Below are positions 19,613-27,799 of a DNA stretch of 36,250 nucleotides, piece by piece. The DNA lies in contig JBFGJG010000045.1 of assembly GCA_041577295.1 (NCBI GenBank), positions 1 to 36,250 on the forward strand, written 5' to 3'. The notes beneath the pieces were generated by a model. That model made no database searches and had not been told where the DNA came from. It saw only the letters and a program-made list of their open reading frames with translations. The translations under genes were made by a program, and so were the position numbers. Source of the DNA: Gemmatimonadales bacterium. Its GTDB lineage: Bacteria; Gemmatimonadota; Gemmatimonadetes; Gemmatimonadales; GWC2-71-9. The number at the start of each line of letters is the position of its first letter. Position 1 is the stretch's first letter.

Positions 19613-20392
19613 ATGGCCACCTTCGTTCTGGTCCATGGAGCGTGGGGCGGTGGATGGGTGTGGAAGCGCGTCGCCCCGCTCCTTCGTGCACAGGGGCACG
19701 AAGTGTTCACCCCAACCCTGACTGGGCTGGGCGAACGCGTTCATCTCGCCCGGCCGGAAGTCAACCTCGATACCCATATTCAAGACATCGTAAACCTCCT
19801 GCAATACGAGGATCTGGAAGGGATCGTGCTCGTTGGGTGGAGCTACGGGGGGTTAGTCGTTACCGGCGTCCTGGACGCGGTACCCGAGCGGCTCGCCCAC
19901 GTAGTGCATCTCGATGCCGAAGTCCCTCGCGATGGTGAGTCGGAGTTCGACATCTCCGGCGCGGAGTTCCGGGATGAGATGGAGCGGAACGCGAAGGCCT
20001 TTGGTGACGGCTGGAAGGCCTCCCTCGGCAACGAGGACACGTACGAAGCGTTCATCAGCCAGTGGCTTCCCGACGAACGCACCAGGCGATGGTGCGCGGC
20101 CAAGTTCGCTTCGAACGGACAACCAATCGAAACGTTTCGCCAACCGATTCGCCTCACCAACCCCGCCGCTGCTCGGATTCCGCGGACCTTCATCCGCTGC
20201 CCCGTCAACGGAGAGGTGTGGGCAGATATCTACGACCCGATGGTGGAGCGGCTGAGAAAGGACTCCCGATGGCAGGTCGTAGAGATCGCGTCGAATCATC
20301 TCGCGCCGGTCGCAGCGCCAGACCTGGTGGCGCACGCATTCCTGGCCGTCAGCAACCGTTTACCGAGTGGGTCGCCGCGACGCGTGGCTTAG
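19613..20392 (+). CDS. Alpha/beta fold hydrolase (259 aa)
   Basis: Motifs FVLVHGAWGGGW, PTLTGLGER, GWSYGG nucleophile elbow and SNH catalytic His. GGAGG RBS. Confidence 0.92.
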   Translation: MATFVLVHGAWGGGWVWKRVAPLLRAQGHEVFTPTLTGLGERVHLARPEVNLDTHIQDIVNLLQYEDLEGIVLVGWSYGGLVVTGVLDAVPERLAHVVHLDAEVPRDGESEFDISGAEFRDEMERNAKAFGDGWKASLGNEDTYEAFISQWLPDERTRRWCAAKFASNGQPIETFRQPIRLTNPAAARIPRTFIRCPVNGEVWADIYDPMVERLRKDSRWQVVEIASNHLAPVAAPDLVAHAFLAVSNRLPSGSPRRVA

Positions 20393-20666
20393 CAGCCGTC
20401 AGAGACAGCGTTCGATGATTGACGATTGCCGCGTTCGGTACACTCACCATCGTCCGCGCGGCGAGTAGGGTTGAGCTTCATGCCGAGGACGGCCAACGTG
20501 CTCCCCTTGGCCACGAAGCCTTCGACCTTCCGCCGGCAAATACTCCCCATATCCCGTGTCCCATCGGTGGGGTCGAACGCGAAGCTGTCGGGTTGGAGGT
20601 CACGCTGCGTAACGATAACAGCGACGCGACCGGGTCCAACCGACGGACGATCTCGGGCGACCCAGC

Positions 20667-20789
20667 GTGACACAGTCTGGGGCATATCGCCTCGTCGCAA
20701 ATGCGATCGACCGTCGCAAGCTGCAACTCTTCGACCGCAAGGTCTACGACAACGGCGTACTCCTGCTGACGTATCTGGTCGCTAGGTAA
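20667..20789 (+). pseudogene. 3' remnant of a RibD-C/dihydrofolate reductase-like gene
   Basis: Manual translation gives VTQSGAYRLVANAIDRRKLQLFDRKVYDNGVLLLTYLVAR*. An in-frame TAA at 20616-20618 lies upstream, so no full gene exists. Confidence 0.55.
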
Positions 20790-20803
20790 ACCGGGCCGGT
20801 GTC

Positions 20804-20865
20804 TTGCCAACCTACGCTCCTATAGATATTCTATAGCAACGACGTATAGAATTTCTATAGGAGCG
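20804..20865 (+). promoter_or_regulatory. padR promoter with two palindromic operator candidates
   Basis: TTGCCA (20804-20809), 17 nt, TATTCT (20827-20832). Boxes CTATAGAtatTCTATAG (20820-20836) and gTATAGAattTCTATAG (20844-20860). Confidence 0.75.
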
Positions 20866-20870
20866 AAGAC

Positions 20871-21200
20871 GTGGCGCAGCAGACCGATCTCGTGCGTGGC
20901 ACGCTCGACATGCTGATCCTCAAGACGCTGGCGCTCAAGCCGCTGCATGGATTGGGGATCTCACGGCGCATGGAACAGATCAGCAAGGGAGCGTTCCGAG
21001 TGAAGCCGGGGACCCTGTTCCCCGCGTTGCACCGGCTGGAGCGGGAAGGGTGGATCGCCGGTTCGTGGGGAGAGTCGGAGAGCAACCGACGCGCCAAGTA
21101 TTACAAACTGACGCCGTCGGGTCGGAAACGGCTGGGTGAAGAGAAGCGAAACTGGGCACTGGTATCCGCGGCGATCACGCGAATTCTCGAGGCGACGTAG
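20871..21200 (+). CDS. PadR family transcriptional regulator (acidobacterial-type subfamily)
   Basis: Motifs GTLDMLILKTL, PLHGLGI, GTLFPALHRLE and SESNRRAKYYKLT. Confidence 0.95.
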   Translation: MAQQTDLVRGTLDMLILKTLALKPLHGLGISRRMEQISKGAFRVKPGTLFPALHRLEREGWIAGSWGESESNRRAKYYKLTPSGRKRLGEEKRNWALVSAAITRILEAT

Positions 21201-21208
21201 GCACCGCA

Positions 21209-23857
21209 ATGCGGCAATTACGGCAACTCGCACGTACGCTCCTCGCGCCGTTTCACCGTGCCACGCTCGATCGCGAACTTGACGAAGAGCTCCGGGGCTT
21301 CGTCGAGATGGTGGCCGAGGAGAAGATGCGTCGGGGTGTCGACCGTGACGAGGCGTACCGCCAGGCTCGAATTGAGCTTGGTGGTGTCACGCAAGTGACC
21401 GAGCGGGTGCGGGACTTGCGACCGGGAGCAAGACTCCAGGGGCTCACGCAGGACATCCGCTTTGCGGCTCGCACCCTCCGGCGTGCCCGCGGGTTCACCG
21501 TCGTCGGCATCCTGACGCTCGGCGTCGGAATCGGCGCGGCCACGGCAATGTTCAGCGCCGTGCACGCGGTTCTGTTACGTGGTCTGCCGTATCGCGACGC
21601 GGGCGAGGTCGTGGTCCTACGGCAGACGGATGCGCGAGACGGGACGCTCGCTGCCGGCGTGTCGGCTTCCAACTTAGACGACCTCACCGGGACGGTCCGC
21701 ACCCTAGCGTCCGTCGGTGGCGCCGATGGACCGCATGGCCTGCGGCTCGTGCAGGACGGGCGAGCGATCAGCATTCGCGGTTGGCTGGTGTCGGAAGGGT
21801 TCTTCGAAACCATTGGCGGGCGAGCGCACCTGGGCCGATTGTTTCTGTCAGAAGAGTTTATCTCGGGTCGCGACCGCGTGGTGATCCTCAGTCACTCCAC
21901 GTGGCAGTCCCGCTTTAGTGGCGACCCGGCGATCGTCGGTCGCGAGCTCGTGTTGGATGGTGCGACGCACAAGGTCGTCGGCGTCATGCAGCCGGACTTC
22001 AAGTATCCGTCGGTTTCCGAATTCTGGAGTCCCCGGCCGTCGAACCCCGCCGACCAGGCCTTGCGGGCGCGACCGATCATGGATGCCGTGGGCCGGCTCG
22101 TCCCCGGGGGCAGTGTGGCGGCCACGCAGGGCGAGCTGGATCGTGTGGCGCTGGCGCTGGCGGAAAAGCACCCAGTTGCGAACGCCAATCTGGGTCTGCG
22201 GGTGATCCGGTTGCGTGAGTACTTGCTCGGCGACGTCGAGTCGCCACTCATGTTGCTGTTGGGTGCGGTAGGATTGGTCTTGTTGATCGCCGCCGCGAAC
22301 GTAGCGGGGCTCGAGCTGGCACGCGGAACTGCCCGAGCGCGCGAATATGCCTTGCGCGTGGCACTGGGCGCGAGTAGCGGACGGATGCTCCGGCTCGGCA
22401 TCGTCGAGAGTGTACTCGTCGGCGGAGCCGGCGCGGTTTTGGGCATCGGCCTCGCGTACCTTGGCGTGTACTTCATCGGGATCCTGGGGCCCGACCATCT
22501 GGCCCGCTTTCACGAACTGCGCATCGATAAGACTGTGCTGGCGTTCGCCGTGTTGGCAGCAGTCGTGAGCGCACTCGCCGCCGGTATCATTCCGGCGCTG
22601 CGGGCGGCGAAGGTCGCGCCCCAGGCCGCGCTCGCCGATGGGTCGCGCGGATCCACTGTCGGACCACGTGCCAGCCGACTCCGTGACTGGCTGGTGGGTG
22701 CCGAGATCGCGTTCGCGCTCGTCCTCACCATCGGCGCGGGCCTGCTCGTGCGGAGCTTCTATCGACTGCTCGACAACGAGCTGGGTTTTGATCCCCAACA
22801 CCGCCTGGTCGCTCAGGTCTGGGCGTACGACGACGAACACCAGGACCGGCTGGATTTCTTTCAGCGTGGCAAAGACGAGATTGCCATGCTGCCGGGTGTC
22901 ACCGCAGTTGGGCTCACAACAAACCCGCCGCTGGCCGACGACCAGTCGGTGATGTCTCGCGGGTTAACGGTGCCGTTCACGATCGACGGCGACCCCGTTC
23001 CCAACCCGGGTGAGGAGCCGGTCGCGGTGTTGGCGGGGATCGACGACAGCTACCCCGAGTCAATGGGGATCGGCATCGTGGCCGGGCGTGGCTTTTCAAT
23101 CCAAGACCACGCGCTAGCGCCGCCCGTGGTGATGGTGAACGAGGCCTTCGCGCGACGCCACTTCACCGGACGCAAGGTTATCGGCCGGCGTCTGACCCTC
23201 AACTGGAGGACGAGCGAGTCGCGCACGATCGTCGGGGTCCTCGCCGACGTGCGTCCCCGCGGGTTCGAGTCGGAGCCCCGGCCAGAGGTTTACGTCGCGC
23301 TGTCGCAGGAATCGTTCAACGGGCTCACCTTCGTCATGAAGACCATCGCGAACGCGGCCAGCATGACAGGCGCGGTGCAGGACGCGTTGTGGGAGGTGGA
23401 TCCGAGCCAGGCGACTTGGGCCGTCCGACCCATGACAGAGCTGCTCTGGGATTGGGTCAGGCAACGACGCTTCAACACCGCGCTGCTCGTGGCGTTCGCG
23501 GCCATCGCACTGTGTCTCGCAATGATCGGTATCTCGGGGCTGATGGCATACTCGGTCGAGCAGCGGCTGGGCGAGCTGGGAATCCGTCGCGCCCTGGGCG
23601 GCGACACGGGTGACATTCTGTGGGCAGTCTTGCGACGAGGCATCGCGATTGCCGTTGCCGGTGTCGGCTTGGGGCTCGCTGGATCGTTTGCCGTCACGCG
23701 CCTGCTGCGGGGGATGCTGTTCGCGATCGATCCTTTCGATCCCCTCACGGTCGCGATACTCTCGGTGTTCGTCGTTGGCGTTGCGCTGTTCGCAGCCTAT
23801 CTACCTGCTAGACGCGCAGCTCATGTCGATGCCATGGTGGCGCTGCGGTTGGAGTAG
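21209..23857 (+). CDS. Duplicated MacB/FtsX-type orphan ABC permease (ADOP-like), 882 aa
   Basis: N-terminal LDRELDEEL prefix, QDIRFAARTLRR, two periplasmic plus FtsX halves (EYALRVALGA and ELGIRRALG), C-terminal PARRAAHVDAMVALRLE. No ATPase gene nearby. Confidence 0.93.
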   Translation: MRQLRQLARTLLAPFHRATLDRELDEELRGFVEMVAEEKMRRGVDRDEAYRQARIELGGVTQVTERVRDLRPGARLQGLTQDIRFAARTLRRARGFTVVGILTLGVGIGAATAMFSAVHAVLLRGLPYRDAGEVVVLRQTDARDGTLAAGVSASNLDDLTGTVRTLASVGGADGPHGLRLVQDGRAISIRGWLVSEGFFETIGGRAHLGRLFLSEEFISGRDRVVILSHSTWQSRFSGDPAIVGRELVLDGATHKVVGVMQPDFKYPSVSEFWSPRPSNPADQALRARPIMDAVGRLVPGGSVAATQGELDRVALALAEKHPVANANLGLRVIRLREYLLGDVESPLMLLLGAVGLVLLIAAANVAGLELARGTARAREYALRVALGASSGRMLRLGIVESVLVGGAGAVLGIGLAYLGVYFIGILGPDHLARFHELRIDKTVLAFAVLAAVVSALAAGIIPALRAAKVAPQAALADGSRGSTVGPRASRLRDWLVGAEIAFALVLTIGAGLLVRSFYRLLDNELGFDPQHRLVAQVWAYDDEHQDRLDFFQRGKDEIAMLPGVTAVGLTTNPPLADDQSVMSRGLTVPFTIDGDPVPNPGEEPVAVLAGIDDSYPESMGIGIVAGRGFSIQDHALAPPVVMVNEAFARRHFTGRKVIGRRLTLNWRTSESRTIVGVLADVRPRGFESEPRPEVYVALSQESFNGLTFVMKTIANAASMTGAVQDALWEVDPSQATWAVRPMTELLWDWVRQRRFNTALLVAFAAIALCLAMIGISGLMAYSVEQRLGELGIRRALGGDTGDILWAVLRRGIAIAVAGVGLGLAGSFAVTRLLRGMLFAIDPFDPLTVAILSVFVVGVALFAAYLPARRAAHVDAMVALRLE

Positions 23858-23900
23858 ACATCACATACCGACACCTCGAGGTCGCAGAGGGCACGAACCG

Positions 23901-24851
23901 ATGACCCATACCGTGAAACGTTCAGGTTCGCAGGCTACCGCCGGCCTGATCCTGGTGATAGCGATTCCATTAACCAGCCCCGCACAGCAAATCGCCGATA
24001 CCGCGTTCACACCGCCAATCGGAGATCCCGAGTACACAGCGGATCAGGGTCCCACCGTGCTCATCGATGCCGCACACTTGAACTTCCACACAGCGGACGG
24101 CCGCTACTTGACCTTTGCCACGCTGCTCCGGCGAGACGGATACACAGTCGAGTCCAACCACGAGACGTTCACCCCTGCCGTGCTCGGCCGCGCGGACGTT
24201 CTCGTCATTGCCAACCCGCTGCACGAGCAGAGCGAGGCCGACTGGGCGCCGCTGCCAAACCTGTCGGCGTTCACCGATTCCGAAATACAGGCCGTGGAGA
24301 GGTGGGTTCGCGAGGGTGGATCACTGCTCCTAATCGCAGACCACATGCCGGTCGCGGGTCATGCCGAAGCGCTTGCGGCCGCGTTTGGTCTCCGCTTCCA
24401 GAACGGCTTTGCCTTCGACTCAAGCGGAAGCGGCCGCGTTACCTTTCGTCGTGAAGACGGTTCCTTGACCACGAGTGTAATCGCCAACGGTCGCAGTCTC
24501 GCGGAGCGAGTGGATTCCGTAACTGCATTTACCGGTCAGGCGTTTCGCGTGGATCCTGGGGTCGACGCCGAGCCACTGCTGGTGCTCCCTGAAGGCTACA
24601 CGTTGTTCTTACCGGAAGTTGCGTGGGAGTTTTCTGAGTCAACGCCACGTATCCCGGCTGCCTATCTGCTCCAGGGAGCGCTAGTACGTCATGGCCAGGG
24701 GCGGGTGGGCGCCTTCGGGGAGGCGGCGATGTTCAGTGCCCAACTCGCCGGTCCGGAGCGGAGACCGATGGGAATGAACGAGCCTGCGGCAGGCCAAAAC
24801 TACCGCTTTGCGCTCAACCTCATGCACTGGCTCAGTGGTCGTCTTCCTTGA
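23901..24851 (+). CDS. Secreted DUF4350-like / class I glutamine amidotransferase-like fold protein (316 aa)
   Basis: Signal peptide, then VLIDAAHLNFHT, ADVLVIAN, WVREGGSLLLIADHMP and FGEAAMFSAQ. Confidence 0.7.
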   Translation: MTHTVKRSGSQATAGLILVIAIPLTSPAQQIADTAFTPPIGDPEYTADQGPTVLIDAAHLNFHTADGRYLTFATLLRRDGYTVESNHETFTPAVLGRADVLVIANPLHEQSEADWAPLPNLSAFTDSEIQAVERWVREGGSLLLIADHMPVAGHAEALAAAFGLRFQNGFAFDSSGSGRVTFRREDGSLTTSVIANGRSLAERVDSVTAFTGQAFRVDPGVDAEPLLVLPEGYTLFLPEVAWEFSESTPRIPAAYLLQGALVRHGQGRVGAFGEAAMFSAQLAGPERRPMGMNEPAAGQNYRFALNLMHWLSGRLP

Positions 24852-24918
24852 GGATCCCGGCCGAGCGTTGGATGATCTCACGAGACTCTCTGGCGTTCGC
24901 AGCCCCACCGGATCCTCC

Positions 24919-25164
24919 GTGAAAGTGTTCCGCCGACGATTCGCCATCACACCGGCAGGATGGTTGGGAGGGGTTGCCCTGCTAAGTGCTACCTGGTGGA
25001 TCTGGCTCGTGACGCCCGGTGAGGCTTGGGGTCTGCACGCAGAGTTCCACTGCCGCCCCATCCACCCTCTCATCCTCATCACAGTCTTGGTCACCCTGCC
25101 ACCGCTGGTGGTTGCTGGACTTTGGACGTTGCTCGCTCGAGGTCAGCCGCAGCTGCCTCGCTAA
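24919..25164 (+). CDS. Small hypothetical membrane protein, two TM segments (81 aa)
   Basis: Two hydrophobic stretches fill the gap between co-oriented genes. Start uncertain, no clear RBS. Confidence 0.45.
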   Translation: MKVFRRRFAITPAGWLGGVALLSATWWIWLVTPGEAWGLHAEFHCRPIHPLILITVLVTLPPLVVAGLWTLLARGQPQLPR

Positions 25165-25331
25165 CGAACAACTCCAGTCGGCTCGCGCCGACCGGCCGAT
25201 GGATTGTGTGCCGACCAAGTTCAGCACATCATTCAGCAGCCGTGAGTAGTGCTGGTTCGCAACGCAAACGCTCGCTGCTACGAACGCGCAAAGCCAACGA
25301 GCGGCGTATCCGTCAACTGAGGAGTGTGACT

Positions 25332-25940
25332 ATGCTCCAGCAGCAAACGGTGGCGGGTCCGTCTTTCGATATTCGTGTTGCCACACGGGACGAGATCCCA
25401 CAGGCGGTGGCCACCATCGTCGCCGCCTTCCTGACCGACCCGGTACCCCGCTTCGCGTGGCCCGCCCCGCACAACTACCTCCAGGCCATGCCCCTGGCGA
25501 CACGCGAGTTCGCGTCGGGCAGCTTCGACCATGGGACGGCCTACGTGTCCGCCGACTTCTGCGGAGCAGCGCTCTGGCTTGCTCCCGGGGTGTACCCGAA
25601 CGGCGAAGCCCTGGAGCAGATCTTTCGTGATACCGCGAGGCCCGAGCGTTTAGACGACCTGCTGATGACCTTCCAAAAAATGGAACACTGTCATCCCGAC
25701 GAGCCGCACTGGTATCTCCCGTTAATTGGTGTCGAGCCCAACGCGCAAGGACTGGGCCTTGGCGGAGCGCTGATGCGGCACGCGCTGGCGCGTTGTGACG
25801 ACGACGGAGCGCTGGCCTACCTCGAGTCGGCGAATCCTCGGAACATTCCGCTCTACGAGCGCTACCGCTTCGAGGTAACAGGCAAGATCCAGGTTGGGGC
25901 TGCACCGACCGTGACCCCCATGCTGAGGAGACCTCGCTAG
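25332..25940 (+). CDS. GNAT family N-acetyltransferase (202 aa)
   Basis: GAGGAG RBS before ATG 25332. Motifs GAALW, HWYLPLIGVEPNAQGLGLG and AYLESANPRNIPLYER. Confidence 0.92.
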   Translation: MLQQQTVAGPSFDIRVATRDEIPQAVATIVAAFLTDPVPRFAWPAPHNYLQAMPLATREFASGSFDHGTAYVSADFCGAALWLAPGVYPNGEALEQIFRDTARPERLDDLLMTFQKMEHCHPDEPHWYLPLIGVEPNAQGLGLGGALMRHALARCDDDGALAYLESANPRNIPLYERYRFEVTGKIQVGAAPTVTPMLRRPR

Positions 25941-26097
25941 TGAAGCCTGCGGCGGGGGCTCGCCCGTCCCCGCCCTTGCGTCATCGTTCGAACTCGGATC
26001 AACATTCTGGAGGCCACTGCGGCCCACCTGAGCGACCCGCCCGCGGATGACCCAGCGACCGGCGGTGTGCACCTGAGCTTCGACACGAGACCCCACA

Positions 26098-26529
26098 ATG
26101 ATCCTCGAGGCGATCGCCACTGGCGCCGCCGGCATCTTTGGCGGAGCCGCGTTATACATCAACATCGCTGAACACCCAGCACGCCTGGAGTGCGGTACCC
26201 GACTCGCGGTCACCGTCTTCGCACCGAGCTATCGTCGCGCAGCACTCATGCAAGCGTCGCTGGCGGGCCTCGGTCTGTTAGCCGGCATTGGCGCCTGGCT
26301 GCGAGGGGGCGAGGTCTGGTGGTTGGCCGGCGGTCTCATTATGGGCAGCGTGATCCCATTCACGTTCCTCGCCATCATGTCGACCAACAAGCAACTGTTG
26401 GCACCGGACTTGGAAAGGGAATCCAAAGAAGCCGCTATCCTACTGTACCGCTGGGGTCGGTTGCACGCGGTCCGGACCGCACTCGGATTGCTCGCGTTTT
26501 CGATTTTTGTCTGGCGCTTGGTGATCTAA
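26098..26529 (+). CDS. DUF1772 / anthrone oxygenase-like membrane protein
   Basis: Motifs GAALYINIAEHPARL, FAPSYRRA, IPFT...TNKQLL and WGRLHAVRT; four TM segments. Confidence 0.85.
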   Translation: MILEAIATGAAGIFGGAALYINIAEHPARLECGTRLAVTVFAPSYRRAALMQASLAGLGLLAGIGAWLRGGEVWWLAGGLIMGSVIPFTFLAIMSTNKQLLAPDLERESKEAAILLYRWGRLHAVRTALGLLAFSIFVWRLVI

Positions 26530-26584
26530 CGTGAACCGGCAGGCGGTACGACACTTGACGACTGAATGCTCCCGAGGAACCCCG

Positions 26585-27319
26585 TTGTCTATACTTGCGT
26601 TCCGACGCCCGCTCGTGGCGGTGATCGCGTTGGCTCCCCTGCTCTCCTCGCCGCCTGCCGCCCTCCCGCTCTCAGGCCAGGAAGACCGCCTTCGGACCGA
26701 TTGGGCATCCCTCGTTCGCTACCGCGACGCCAATGCGCAACTGGGTCGAGCGCGGCCGGGGGAACACCGGGTGGTTTTTTACGGAAACTCCATCACGGAT
26801 GTGTGGGCACGGTACTTCGGCACGATGTTCCCAGGAAAGCCATACATCGGACGCGGTATCAGCGGACAAACCACACCACAGATGCTCGTCCGGTTCAGGC
26901 AGGACGTGATCGCGCTCGAGCCGGCCGTCGTCGTGATCCTCGCCGGCACGAACGACATAGCAGGTAACACCGGCCCCTCAACGCTGGAGATGATCCAGGA
27001 CAATCTGAGGTCGATGGTGGAGCTCGCCAAAGCCAACGGCATACGCGTGGTACTCTCGTCCGTGCTGCCCGCCTACGACTACCCATGGCGGCCGGGTGTG
27101 GAGCCGGCGCCGAAGATCGTGGCGCTCAATGCATGGATGAAGAACTATGCGGCCACCCACGACGTGGTGTACCTGGACTACCACTCCGCGATGGCAGACG
27201 CGCGCCACGGCCTCAAGGCCGAAATGTCGGAAGACGGCGTACACCCCAACGAGGCCGGGTATCGCGTCATGGCGCCCCTTGTCGAACGAGCCATCGGGGA
27301 GGCGCTGCAGCGGCGATGA
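26585..27319 (+). CDS. Secreted SGNH/GDSL hydrolase (244 aa)
   Basis: Blocks VFYGNSIT, RGISGQTT, AGTND and DGVHP. GAGGA precedes TTG 26585, which gives a signal peptide. Confidence 0.92.
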   Translation: MSILAFRRPLVAVIALAPLLSSPPAALPLSGQEDRLRTDWASLVRYRDANAQLGRARPGEHRVVFYGNSITDVWARYFGTMFPGKPYIGRGISGQTTPQMLVRFRQDVIALEPAVVVILAGTNDIAGNTGPSTLEMIQDNLRSMVELAKANGIRVVLSSVLPAYDYPWRPGVEPAPKIVALNAWMKNYAATHDVVYLDYHSAMADARHGLKAEMSEDGVHPNEAGYRVMAPLVERAIGEALQRR

Positions 27320-27467
27320 CTGGTCAATCGATGCGCCGGACCGCTTCCGGCGCTCTGCGCATTGGCAGCCGTTGCAATCCCGGCGCGTCGCTAGCCATGA
27401 AGCCGCCGCCGAGCCAATGTACTAGGAAACGACGCCTGCGAATTCGATCCCAACTGGAGGAGAGCCC

Positions 27468-27737
27468 GTGGACTTCGCGCCCTTGGTGGTGATACTGGCG
27501 TTTGCCATTCCGTTAGCGGGGATCGTCTCGCCCGGGCTCCAGAAGCTTTGGCGTCTTCGCCTCGAGGACGCCCGAACGCGCGTGGGTGCACTCGACGCTT
27601 CCGCCGCCGATGAACTGTCAGAACTCCGCGCCGTAGTCGGGCAAATGCGTGCCGATCTGTACGAGCTGCAAGAGCGGGTCGACTTCACGGAGCGCCCTGG
27701 CGCAGAGTCGAGAGCGCACGCGGCTACCGCCCACTGA
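27468..27737 (+). CDS. Small TM plus coiled-coil protein, probably frameshifted near the 3' end
   Basis: GGAGGAG RBS, N-terminal TM, heptad region ending ELQERVDFTER. Confidence 0.75.
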   Translation: MDFAPLVVILAFAIPLAGIVSPGLQKLWRLRLEDARTRVGALDASAADELSELRAVVGQMRADLYELQERVDFTERPGAESRAHAATAH

Positions 27738-27799
27738 CGTGTCATGACGTACGGGCGAAAAGGGCAAAAGGGGAGCTACGGTAATCCTCAGGGTCCGGC

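Noticed and set aside
20395..20475. Minus-frame TMVSVPNAAIVN resembling an MscS beta-domain motif
   Set aside because: Too short, and no TM helices or other MscS motifs nearby.
27320..27467. Spacer after the SGNH gene as an attC site or terminator
   Set aside because: It has an 8-bp hairpin (GCGCCGGA/TCCGGCGC) but no U-tract and no RYYYAAC or GTTRRRY ends.
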